A DNA stretch of 64,000 bases, taken from assembly GCF_009914755.1 (NCBI RefSeq), contig NC_060933.1; one strand, written 5' to 3'. Position numbers and translations under genes: made by a program. This DNA is from the human T2T-CHM13v2.0 reference genome, Homo sapiens. Positions 1 to 13,390 of the stretch are shown piece after piece. The notes under the pieces are model-generated. The model made no database searches and was not told where the DNA came from. It saw only the letters and a program-made list of their open reading frames with translations. Positions within the stretch are counted from its first letter, which is position 1, and every line of letters begins with the position of its first letter.

Positions 1-975
1 CCGAGTGTAATGGCATGGAATGGAATGGAATGGAATGGGATGGAATGGAATGGTACGGAATAGAATGGAATGGAATGAAATGGAATGGAATGGAATGGAA
101 TGGAATGGAATGGAATGGAATGGAATGAACCCGTGTGCAATGTAATGGAATGGAACGGAATGGAATGGATTCAACTCGAAAGGAATCAACTCGATTGCAA
201 TGGAATGGAATGGAATGAAAAGGAATAGAATGGAATCAACCCGAGTGGAATGGAATGGAAAGGACTGGAATGGAGTGGAATCTAATGGAATGGAATGGAA
301 TCAAATCGATTGGAATGGAATGGAATGGAATGGAATGGAATCAACTCTATTGCAATGGAATGGAATGGAATGGAATGGAATGGAATGGAATGGAATGGAA
401 TTAACCCGAATAGAATGGAATGGAATGGAGTGGAACGGAATGTAATGGAATGGAATGGAATCAACCCGAGTGCAGGGGAATGGAATCGAATGGAATGCGA
501 TGGAATGGAATCATCCCGAATGGAATGGAATGGAATGGAATGGAATGGAATGGAATCAACTCGATTTCAATGGAATGGAATGGAATATAATGGAATGGAA
601 TTAACACGAATAGAAAGGAATGGAATGGAATGGAATGGAACGGAAAGAATGGAGTGGAATGGAATGGAATCAACCCGAGTGCAGGGGAATGGAATGGAAT
701 GGAATGCAAATAAATGGAATCATATGTAATGGAATGGAAAGGAATGGAATGGAATGGAATGGAATGGAATCAACTCGATTGTAATCGAATGGAATGGAAT
801 GGAATTAACCCGAATAGAATGGAATGGAATGGAATGGAACGGAAAGGAATGGAATGGAATGGAATGGAATGGAAAGGAACGGAACGGAACGGAACGGAAC
901 GGAATGGAATGGAATGGAATGGAATGGAATCAACGCGAGTGCAGGGGAATGGAATGGAATGGAATGCAATGGAAT

Positions 976-990
976 GGAATCTTCCGGAAT
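976..990. promoter_or_regulatory. Candidate heat-shock element nGAAnnTTCnnGAAn (first example of ~45-50 in the window)
   Basis: GGAATCTTCCGGAAT is an exact match to three alternating nGAAn units. Binding is inferred from the motif only. Confidence 0.5.
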
Positions 991-2199
991 GGAATGGAAT
1001 GGAATGGAATAGAATGGAATGAAATGGAATGGAATGGAATCAACCAGAGTACAAGGGAATGGAATGGAATGTAATGCAATGGAATGGAATCATCCGTAAT
1101 GGAATGGAAAGGAATGGAATGGAATGGAATGGAATGGAATTAACTCGATTGCAATCGAATGGAATGGAAGGGAATTAACCCAAATAGAATGGAATGGAAT
1201 GGAACGGAACGGAACGGAACGGAATGGAATGGAATGGAATGGAATGGAACGGAATGGAATGGAATGGAATGGAATGGAATCAACCCGAGTGCAGGGGAAT
1301 GGAATGGAATGGATTGCAATGGAATGGAATCTTCTGGAATGGAATGGAATGGAATGGACTGGAATGCAATGGATTCAACTCGATTGCAATGGAATGGAAT
1401 AGAATGGAATGGAATGGAATGGAATGGAATTAACCCGAATAGAATGGAATGGAATGGAATGGAACGGAATGGAATGGAATGGTATGGAATGGAATGGAAT
1501 GGAATGGAATGGTATGGAATGGAATGGAATGGTACGGAATAGATTGGAATGGAACGAATTGGAATGGAATGGAATCGAATGGCATGGAATGGAATGGAAT
1601 GTAATGGAATCAACCGGAGTGCAGGGTAATGTAATGGAACGGAATGCAATGGAATGGAATCATCAGGGATGGAATGGAATGGAATGGAATGGAATGGAAT
1701 GGAATGGAATCAACCCGAGTGCAATGGAATGGAGTGGAATGGAATGGAATGGAATGGAACAACCCGAATGGAATGGAATGTAATGGAGAGTAAGGGAGTT
1801 GAATAGAATCAATCCGAATTTAATGTAATGGAATGGAACGGAATGGAATGGAATGGAATGGAATGGAATGGAATGCAATGGAATGGAATCAACCCGAGTA
1901 CAATGGAATGGAATGGAATGGAATGGAATGGAATGGAATGGAATGGAATGGAATGGAATGGAATCAACCCGAGTGCAATGGAATAGAGAGGAATGGAATG
2001 GAAAGGAATGGAAACTACCCGAATGGAATGGAATGTAATGGAGTGTAAGGGAATTGAATAAAATCAATCCGAATGGAATGGAATGGAATGGAACGGAATG
2101 TAATGTAATGGAATGGAATGGAATCAACCCGAGTGCAGGGGAATGGAATGGAATGGAAAGCAATGGAATGGAATCATCCGGAATGGAATGGAATGGAAT

Positions 2200-5100
2200 G
2201 GAATCAACTACATTGCAATGGAATGGAATCGAATGGAATGGAATAGAATGGAATGGAAGTAACCCGAATAGAATGGAATGCAATAGAATGGAATGCAATG
2301 GAACCGAATGGAGGTGAATGGAATGGAATGGAATCAACCCGAGTACAGAGGAATGGAATGGAATGGAATGCAATGGAATGGAGTCATCCGTAATGGAATG
2401 GAAAGGAAAGGAATGGAATGGAATGGAATGGAATGGAATGGAATGGAATCAACTCGATGGCAATCGAATGGAATGGAATGGAATTAACCCGAATAGAATT
2501 GAATGGAATGGAATGGAACGGAACGGAATGGAATGGAATGGAATGGAACGGAACGGAATGGAATGGAATGGAATGGAATGGAATCAACGCGAGTGCAGGG
2601 GAATGGAATGGAATGGAATGCAATGGAATGGAATCTTCCGGAATGGAATGGAATGGAGTGGAATGGAATGAAAGGCAATGGATTCAACTCGATTGCAATG
2701 GAATGGAATAGAATGGAATGGAATGGAATGGAATGGAATGGAATTGAATGGAATGGAATGTCTTCAAACCGAATGGAATGGAAAGGAATGGAATCAACAC
2801 GAGTGGAAAGGAATGGAATGGAAAGGAATGGAATGGAATGGAATGGTACGGAATAGAACGGAATGGAACGAACTGGAATGGAATGGAATGGAATGGAATG
2901 GAATGGAATGGAATCGTTCCGAGTGGAATAGCAGGGAATGTATTCGAGTGGAATGGAAAGGAATGGAATCAACCAGAGTGGAATGGAAGGGAATGGAATG
3001 GAATGGAAACTAATAGAATGGAATCAACCCGAGTGGAATGGAATGGAAAGGACTGAAATGGAATGGAATGGAATGGAATGGAATGGAATCAACTCGATTG
3101 TAATGGAATGGAATGGAATGGAATGGAATGGAATGGAATGGAAAGGAATTAACCCGAATACAATGGAATGGAATGGAATGGAAGGGAATGGAGTGGAAAG
3201 GAATGGAATCAACCCGAGTGCAGGGGAATGGAATGGAATGGAATGCAATGGAATGGAATCATCAGGAATGGAATGGAATGGAATGGAATGCAAAGCAATG
3301 GAATCAACTCGATTGCAATGGAATGGAATGGAATGGAAAGGAATACATTGGAATCAACCCGAGTGGAATGGAATGGAAAGGACTCGAATGGAGTGGAATG
3401 GAATGGAATGGAATGGAATGGAATCAACTCGATTGGAGTGGAATGGAATGGAATGGAATGGAATGGAATCAACTCGATTGGAATGGAATGGAATGGAATG
3501 GAATGGAATGGAATGGAATTAACCCGAATAGAATGGAAAGGAATGGAATGGAACGGAACGGAACGGAACGGAACGGAATGGAATGGAATGGAATGGAATG
3601 GAATGGAATGGAATGGAATCAACCCGACTGCAGGGGAATGGAATGGAATGGAATGCAATGGAATGGATTCAACTTGAATGGAATGGAAAGAATGGAATCA
3701 ACACTAGTGGAATGGCATGGATTGGAATGGAATTGAATGGAATCAACCCGAGTACAGGGGAATGGAATGGAATGGAATGCAATGGAATGGAATCATCCGT
3801 AATGGAATGGAAAGGAATGGAAAGGAATGGAATGGAATGGAATGGAATGGAATGGAATCAACATGATTGCAATCGAAAGGAATGGAATGGAATTAACCCG
3901 AATAGAATGGAATGGAATGGAATGGAATGGAACGGAATGGAATGGAATGGAATGGAACGGAACCGAACGGAATGGAATGGAATGAAATGGAATGGAATGG
4001 AATGGAATCAACGCGAGTGCAGGGGAATGGCATGCAACGGAATGCAATGGAATGGAATCTTCCGGAATGGAATGGAATGGAATGCAATGGAATGAAATGC
4101 AATGGATTCAACTCGATTGCAATGGAATGGAATAGAATGGAATGGAATGGAATGGAATGGGATTAACCCGAATAGAATGGAATGGAATGGAATGGAACGG
4201 AATGTAACGGAATGGAATGGAATGGAATGGAATGGAATGGAATGGAATGGAATGGAATGGTATGGAATGGAATGGAATGGTACGGAATAGAATGGAATGG
4301 AACGAATTGTAATGGAATGGAATTGAATGGAATGGAATGGAATGGAATGGAATCAATGCGAGTGCAGGGGAATGTAATGGAACGGAATGCAATGGAATGG
4401 AATCATCCGGAATGGAATGGAATGGAATGGAATGGAATGGAATCAACCCGAGTGCAATGGAATGGAGTGGAATGGAATGGAATGGAATGGAACAACCCGA
4501 ATGGAATGGAATGTAATGGAGAGTAAGGGAGTTGAATAGAATCAATCCGAATGTAATGGAAGGGAATGCAACGGAATGGAATGGAATGGAATGGAATGGA
4601 ATGGAATGGAATGGAATGCAAAGGAATGGAATCAACCCGAGTGGAATGGCATGGAATGGAATGCAATGGATTGGAATGGAATGGAATCAACTCGAGTGGA
4701 AAGGAATGGAATAGAATGGAAAGGAATGGAATGAAGTCAACTCGAGTGGAATGGAATGGAATGGAATGGATTGGAATGGATTGCAATGGAATGAAATGGA
4801 ATGGAATGGAATGGAATCAATCGTGGAAGGGAATGTAACGGAGTGGAAAGAAGGGAATGGAATCAACCCAGGTGGAATGCAAGGCAATGGAATGGAATGG
4901 AAAGGAATGGCATGGAATCAACTCGATTGCAATGGAATGGAATGGAATGGAATGGAATGGAATGGAATGGAATGGAATGGAATTAACCGGAATAGAATGG
5001 AATGGAATGGAATGGAACGGAATAGAATGGAATGGAAGGGAATGGAATCAACACGAGTGCAGGGGAATGGAATGGAATGGAATGCAATGGAATGGAATCA

Positions 5101-6400
5101 TCCGGAATGGAATGGAATGGAATGGAGTCAACTCCATTGCAATGGAATGGAATGGAATGGAATGGAATAGAATGGAATGGAATTAACCCGAATAGAATGG
5201 AATGCAATAGAATGGAATGCAATGGAAACGAATGTAGTGGAATGGAATGGAATGGAATCAACCCGAGTACAGTGGAATGGAATGGAATGGAATGCAATGG
5301 AATGGAGTCATCCGTAATGGAATGGAAAGGAATGGAATGTAATGGAATGGAATGGAATGGAATGGAATGGAATCAACTCGATGGCAATCGAATGGAATGG
5401 AATGGAATTAACCCGAATAGAATGGAATGGAATGGAATGGAACGGAACGGAATGGAAAGGAATGGAATGGAATGGAATGGAACGGAACGGAATGGAATGG
5501 AATGGAATGGAATGGAATGGAATGGAATGGAATCACCGCGAGTGCAGGGGAATGGAATGGAATGAAAGGCAATGGATTCAACTCGATTGCATTGGAATGG
5601 AATAGAATGGAATGGAATGCAATGGAATGGAATGGAATTGAATGGAATGGAATGCCTTCAAACCGAATGGAATGGAAAGGAATGGAATCAACACGAGTGG
5701 AAAGGAATGGAATGGAAAGGAATGGAAAGGAATGGAATGGTACGGAATAGAACGGAATGGAACGAACTGGAATGGAATGGAATGGAATGGAATGGAATGG
5801 AATGGAATGGAATGGAATCGTTCCGAGTGGAATAGGAGGGAATGTATTCGAGTGGAATGGAAAGGAATGGAATCAACCAGAGTGGAATGGAAGGGAATGG
5901 AATGGAATGGAAACTAATAGAATGGAATCAACCCGAGTGGAATGGAATGGAAAGGACTGGAATGGAATGGAATGGAATGGAATGGAAACAACTCGATTGT
6001 AATGGAATGGAATGGAATGGAATGGAATGCAATGGAATTAACCCGAATACAATGGAATGGAATGGAATGGAACGGAATGGAGTGGAATGGAATGGAATCA
6101 ACCCGAGTGCAGGGGAATGGAATGGAATGGAATGCAATGGAATGGAATCATCCGGAATGGAATGGAATGGAATGGAATGCAAAGCAATGGAATCAACTCG
6201 ATTGCAATGGAATGGAATGGAATGGAAAGGAATACATTGGAATCAACCCGAGTGGAATGGAATGGAAAGGACTGGAATGGAGAGGAATGGAATGGAATGG
6301 AATGGAATGGAATGGAATGGAATGGAATGGAATGGAATGGAATTAACCCGAATAGAATGGAAAGGAATGGAATGGAACGGAACGGAACGGAACGGAATGG
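2200..6400 (+). repeat. Older diverged duplication, about 2200-3600 vs 5130-6400 (offset ~2.9 kb); boundaries approximate
   Basis: Shared rare variants in the same order: CAACT(A/C)CATT, GGAGTCATCC, CAACTCGATGGCAATCG, GAAAGGCAAT, AGAACGGAATGGAACGAACT. ORF starts 2938/5842 give offset 2904. Confidence 0.75.
4000..5260 (+). repeat. Block paralogous to ~42950-44180 (and 60480-61710), containing the rare GAAGTCAACTCGAGT / GGAAAGAAGGG / GCAAGGCAAT module
   Basis: Near-identical ORFs 4566..4838 and 43472..43744 (offset 38,906). Shared 12-bp deletion allele and shared TAACCGGAAT and CAACTCCATT variants downstream. Confidence 0.8.
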
Positions 6401-9400
6401 AATGGAATGGAATGGAATGGAATGGAATGGAATGGAACGGAAAGGAATGGAATGGAATGCAATGCCATGGAATCAACCCGATTGCAATCGAATGGAATCG
6501 AATGGAATGGAATGCAATGGAATGCATTCAACTTGAATGGAATGGAAAGAATGGAATCAACACGAGTGGAATGGCATGGATTGGAATGAAATGGAATAGA
6601 ACCAACCCGAGTACAGGGGAATGGAATGGAATGGAATGAAATGGAATGGAATCACCCGTAATGTAATGGAAAGGAATGGAATGGAATGGAATGGAATGGA
6701 ATGGAATGGAATGCAATGGAATGGAATGAACCCGAGTGCAATCGAATGGAATCGAATGGAATGGAATGCAATGGAATGGATTCAACTTGAATGGAATGGA
6801 AAGAATGGAATCAACACGAGTGGAATGGCATGGATTGGAATGGAATGGAATGGAATCAACCCGAGTACAGGGGAATGGAATGGAATGGAATGCAATGGAA
6901 TGGAATCATCCGTAATGGAATGGGAAGGAATGGAATGGAATGGAATGGAATGGAATGGAATGGAATCAACTCGATGGCAATCGAATGGAATGGAATGGAA
7001 TTAACCCGAATAGAATGGAATGGAATGGAATGGAACGGAAGGGAATGGAATGGAATGGAATGGAATGGAATGGAATGGAACGGAACGGAACGGAATGGAA
7101 TGGAATGGAATGGAATGGAATGGAATCAACGCGAGTGCAGGGGAATGGAATGGAATGGAATGCAATGGAATGGAATCTTCCGGAATGGAATGGAATGGAA
7201 TGGAATGGAATGAAATGCAATGGATTCAACTCGATTGCAATGGAATGGAATAGAATGGAATGGAATGGAATGCAATGGAATTAATCCGAATAGAATGGAA
7301 TGGAATGGAATGGAACGGAATGGAACGGAATGGAATGGAATGGAATGGAATGGTATGGAATGGAATGGAATGGTACGGAATAGAATGGAATGGAACGAAT
7401 TGTAATGGAATGGAATTGAATGGAATTGAATGGAATGGAATGGAATCAACGCGAGTGCAGGGGAATGGAGTGGAATGGAATGGAATGGAATGGAACAACC
7501 CGAATGGAGTGGAATGTAATGGAGAGTAAGGGAGTTGAATAGAATCAATCCGAATGTAATGGAATGGAATGCAACGGAATGGAATGGAATGGAATGGAAT
7601 GGAATGCAATGGAATTGAATCAACCCGAGTACAATGGAATGGAATGGAATGGAATGGAATGATACGGAATAGAATGGAATGGAACGAAATGGAATTGAAT
7701 GGAATGGAATGGAATGGAATGGAATGGAATGGAATCGTTCCGAGTGGAATAGGAGGGAATGTATTCGAGTGGAATGGAAAGGAATGGTATCAACCAGAGT
7801 GGAATGGAAGGGAATGAAATGGAATGGAAACTAATAAAATGGAATCAACCCGAGTGGAATGGAATGGAAAGGAATGGAATGGAATGGAATGGAATGGAAT
7901 CAACTCGATTGTAATGGAATGGAATGGAATGGAATGGAATGGAATGGAATTAACCCGAATACAATGGAATGGAATGGAATTGAACGGAATGGAGTGGAAT
8001 GGAATGGAATCAACCCGAGTGCAGGGGAATGGAATGGAATGGAATGCAATGGAATGGAATCATCCGGAATGGAATGGAATGGAATGGAATGCAAAGCAAT
8101 GGAATCAACTCGATTGCAATGGAATGGAATGGAATGGAAAGGAATACAATGGAATCAACCCGAGTGGAATGGAATGGAAAGGACTGGAATGGAGTGGAAT
8201 GGAATGGAATGGAATGGAATGGAATCAACTCGATTGTAATGGAATGGAATGGAATGGAATGGAATTAACCCGAATAGAATGGAATGGAATGGAATGGAAA
8301 GGAACGGAATGGAATGGAATGGAATGGAATGGAATGGAATGGAATGGAATCAACCCGACTGCAGGGGAATGGAATGGAATGGAATGCAATGGAATGGATT
8401 CAACTTGAATGGAATGGAAAGAATGGAATCAACACGAGTGGAATGGCATGGATTGGAATGGAATGGAATGGAATCAACCCGAGTACAGGGGAATGGAATG
8501 GAATGGAATGCAATGGAATGGAATCATCCGTAATGGAATGGAAAGGAATGGAATGGAATGGAATAGAATGGAATGGAATCAACTCGATTGCAAACGAATG
8601 GAATGGAATGGAATTAACCCGAATAGAATGGAATGGAATGGAATGGAACGGAACGGAACGTAATGGAATGGATTGGAATGGAATGGAATGGAATGGAATG
8701 GAACGGAATGGAATGGAATGGAATGGAATGGAATGGAATCAACCCGAGTGCAATCGAATGGAATCCAATGGAATGGAATGCAATGGAATGGATTCAACTT
8801 GAATGGAATGGAAAGAATGGAATCAACACGAGTGGAATGGCATGGATTGGAATGGAATGGAATGGAATCAACCCGAGTACAGGGGAATGGAATGGAATGG
8901 AATGCAATGGAATGGAATCATCCGTAATGGAATGGAAAGGAATGGAATGGAATGGAATGGAATGGAATGGAATGGAATGGAATGGAATGGAATGGAATCA
9001 ACTCGATTGCAATCGAATGGAATGGAATGGAATTAACCCGAATAGAATGGAATGGAATGGAATGGAATGGAACGGAACGGAACGGAACGGAACGGAACGG
9101 AATGGAATGGAATGGAAAGGAATGGAATGGAATGGAATGGAACGGAAAGGAATGGAATGGAATGGAATGGAATGGAATGGAATGGAATGGAATGGAATGG
9201 AATCAACGCGAGTGCAGGGGAATGGAATGGAATGGAATGCAATGGAATGGAATGTTCCGGAATGGAATGGAATGGAATGGAATGGAATGGAATGGAATGG
9301 AATCAACCCGAGTGCAATGGAATGGAGTGGAATGGAATGGAATGGAATGGAACAACCCGAATGGAATGGAATATAATGGAGAGTAAGGGAGTTGAATAGA

Positions 9401-12400
9401 GTCAATCCGAATGTAATGGAATGGAATGGAACGGAATGGAATTGAATGGAATGGAATGGAATGCAATGGAATGGAATCAACCCGAGTGCAATGGAATGGA
9501 GAGGAATGGAATGGAATGGAATGGAAACTACCCGAATGGAATGGAATGTAATGGAGTGTAAGGGAATTGAATAGAATCAATCCGAATGTAATGGAATGGA
9601 ATGGAACGGAATGGAATGGAATGGAATGGAATGGAATGGAATGGAATGGAATGGAATGCAATGGAATGGAATCAACCCGAGTGCAATCGAATGGAATCGT
9701 ATGGAATGGAATGCAATGGAATGGATTCAAATTGAATGGAATGGAAAGAATGGAGTCAACACGAGTGGAAGGGCATGCATTGGAATGCAATGGAATGGAA
9801 TCAACTCGAGTACAGGGGAATGGAATGGAATGGAATGCAATGGAATGGAATCATCCGTAATGGAATGGAAAGGAAAGGAATGGAATGGAATGGAATGGAA
9901 TGGAATGGAATGGAATGGAATGGATTGGAATGGAATGGAATCAACACGATTGCAATCGAATGGAATGGAATGGAATTAACCCGAATAGAATGGAATGGAA
10001 TGGAATGGAACGGAACGGAATGGAATGGAATGGAATGGAATGGAATGGAACGGAACGGAACGGAACGGAACGGAATGGAATGGAATGGAATGGAATGGAA
10101 TGGAATCAACGCGAGTGCAGGGGATTGGAATGTAATGGAATGCAATGGAATGGAATCTTCCAGAATGGAATGCAATGAAATGGAATGGAATGAAATGCAA
10201 TGGATTCAACTCGATTGCAATGGAATGGAATAGAATGCAATGGAATGGAATGGAATGGGATTAACCAGAATAGAATGGAATGGAATGGAACGGAGTGGAA
10301 CGGAATGGAATGGAATGGAATGGAATGGAATGGAATGGAATGGAATGGAATGGTATGGAATGGAATGGAATGGTACGGAATAGAATGGAATGGAACGAAT
10401 TGTAATGGAATGGAATTGAATGGAAAGGAATGGAATGGAATGGAATCAACGCGAGTGCAGGGGAATGTAATGGAACGGAATGCAATGGAATGGAATCATC
10501 CGTAATGGAATGGAATGGAATGGAATGGAATGGAATCAACCCGACTGCAGGGGAATGGAATGGAATGGAATGCAATGGAATGGATTCAACTTGAATGGAA
10601 TGGAAAGAATGGAATCAACACGAGTGGAATGGCATGGATTGGAATGGAATGGAATGGAATGAACCCGAGTACAGGGGATTGGAATGGAATGGAATGCAAT
10701 GGAATGGAATCATCCGTGATGGAATGGAAAGAATGGAGTGGAATGGAATGGAATGGAATGGAATGGAATGGAATGGAATGGAATCAACTCGATTGCAATC
10801 GAATGGAATGGAATGGAATTAACCCGAATAGAATAGAATGGAATGGAATGGAACGGAACGGAACGGAACGGAATGGAATGGAATGGAATGGAATGGAATG
10901 GAACGGAAAGGAATGGAATGGAATGGAATGGAATGGAATGGAATGGAATCAACGCGAGTGCAGGGGAATGGAATGGAATGGAATGCAATGGAATGGAATC
11001 TTCCGGAATGGAATGGAATGGAATGGAATGGAATGGAATGGAATGGAATAAACCCGAGTGCAATGGCATGGAGTGGAATGGAATGGAATGGAATGGAACA
11101 GCTCGAATGGAATGGAATGTAATGGAGAGTAAGGGAGTTGAATAGAATCAATCCGAATGTAATGGAATGGAATGGAACAGAATGGAATTGAATGGAATGG
11201 AATGGAATGCAATGGAATGGAATCAACCCGAGTGCAATGGAATGGAGAGGAATGGAATGGAATGGAATGGAAACTACCCGAATGGAATGGAATGTAATGG
11301 AGTGTAAGGGAATTGAATAGAATCAATCCGAAAGTAATGCAATGGAATGGAACGGAATGGAATGCAATGGAATGGAATGGAATGGAATGGAATGGAATGC
11401 AATGGAATGGAATCAACCCGAGTGCAATCGAATGGAATCGAATGGAATGGAATGCAATGGAATGGATTCAACTTGAATGGAATGGAAAGAATGGAATCAA
11501 CACGAGTGGAAGGGCATGGATTGGAATGCAATGGAATGGAATCAACCCGAGTACAGGGTAATGGTATAGAATGGAATGCAATGGAATGGAATCATCCGTA
11601 ATGGAATGGAAAGGAACGGAATGGAATGGAATGGAATGGAATGGAATGGAATGGAATGGAATGGAATCAACTCGATTGCAATGGAATGGAATGGAATGGA
11701 ATGGAATTAACCGGAATACAATGGAATGGAATGGAATGGAACGGAATGGAATGGAATGGAAGGGAATGGGATCAACACGAGTGCAGTGGAATGGAATGGA
11801 ATGGAATGCAATGGAATGGAATCATCCGGAATGGAATGGAATGGAATGGAATCAACTCCATTGCAATGGAATGGAATGGAATGGAATGGAATAGAATGGA
11901 ATGGAATTAACCCGAATAGAATGGAATGCAATAGAATGGAATGCAAAGGAACCGAATGGAGTGGAATGGAATGGAATGGAATGGAATGGAATGGAATGGA
12001 ATGGAATCAACTCGATGGCAATCGAATGGAATGGAATGGAATTAACCCGAATAGAATGGAATGGAATGGAATGGAACGGAACGGAATGGAATGGAATGGA
12101 ATGGAATGGAATGGAACGGAACGGAATGGAATGGAATGGAATGGAATGGAATCAACGCGAGTGCAGGGGAATGGAATGGAATGGAATGCAATGGAATGGA
12201 ATCTTCCGGAATGGAATGGAATGGAATGGAATGGAATGAAAGGCAATGGATTCAACTCGATGGCAATGGAATGGAATAGAATGGAATGGAATGGAATGGA
12301 ATGGAATGGAAGCAACGCGAGTGCAGAGGAATGTAATGGAACGGAATGCAATGGAATGGAATCATCCGGAATGGAATGGAATGGAATGGAATGGAATCAA

Positions 12401-13232
12401 CCCGAGTGCAATGGAATTGAGTGGAATGGAATGGAATGGAATGGAACAACCCGAATGGAATGGAATGGAATGGAGAGTAAGGGAGTTGAATAGAATCAAT
12501 CCGAATGTAATGGAATGGAATGCAACGGAATGGAATGCAATGGAATGGAATGGAATGCAATGGAATGGAATCAACCCGAGTACAATGGAATGGAATGGAA
12601 TGGAATGGAATGGAATGGAATGGAATGGAATGGAATGGAATGGAATGAAATGGATTGGAATGCCTTCAAACCGAATGGAATGGAAAGGAATGGAATCAAC
12701 ACGAGTGGAATGGAATGGAATGGAAAGGAATGGAATGGAATGGAATGGTACGGAATAGAATGGAATGGAAAGAAATGGAATGGAATGGAATGGAATACAA
12801 TGGAATCGTTTAGAGTGGAATAGGAGGGAACGTATTCGAGTGGAATGGAAAGGAATGTAATCAACCAGAGTGGAATGGAAGGGAATGGAATGGAATGGAA
12901 ACTAATAGAATGGAATCAACCCGAGTGGAATGGAATGGAAAGGACTGGAATGTAATGTAATGGAATGGAATGGAATGGAATGGAATCAACTCGATTGTAA
13001 TGGATTGGAATGGAATGGAATTGAATGGAATGGAATGGAATTTACCCGAATACAACGGAATGGAGTGGAATGGAATGGAATGGAGTGGAATGGAATGGAA
13101 TCAACCCGAGTGCAGGGGAATGGAATGGAATGGAATGCAATGGAATGGAATCATCCGGAATGGAATGGAATGGAATGGAATGCAAAGCAATGGAATCAAC
13201 TCGATTGCAATGGAATAGAATGGAATGGAAAG

Positions 13233-13390
13233 GAATACATTGGAATCAACCCGAGTGGAATGGAATGGAAAGGACTGGAATGGAGTGGAATGGAATGGAA
13301 TGGAATGGAAACGAATACATTGGAATCAACCCGAGTGGAATGGAATGGAAAGGACTGGAATGGAGTGGAATGGAATGGAATGGAATGGAA
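13233..13390 (+). repeat. 80-bp local tandem duplication
   Basis: GAATACATTGGAATCAACCCGAGTGGAATGGAATGGAAAGGACTGGAATGGAGT starts at 13233 and again at 13313. Confidence 0.85.

Noticed and set aside
472-480. GCAGGGG tracts as possible G-quadruplex seeds
   Set aside because: These are isolated G4 runs, usually far apart, and the surrounding sequence has only GG steps, so no canonical quadruplex motif is present.
1602-1612. DUX4-like motif TAATGGAATCA (also near 34045 and 51578)
   Set aside because: Only a few chance matches arise where a GTAAT variant sits next to a decamer. They are not part of a conserved module.
6731-6746. CENP-B-box-like motif CCCGAGTGCAATCGAA (recurs, e.g. near 8742, 9677, 11417)
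   Set aside because: The reverse-strand CENP-B box needs CCCG-N2-T-N4-CGAA. Here the second spacer is 5 bases, so the essential positions do not line up, and there is no alpha satellite.
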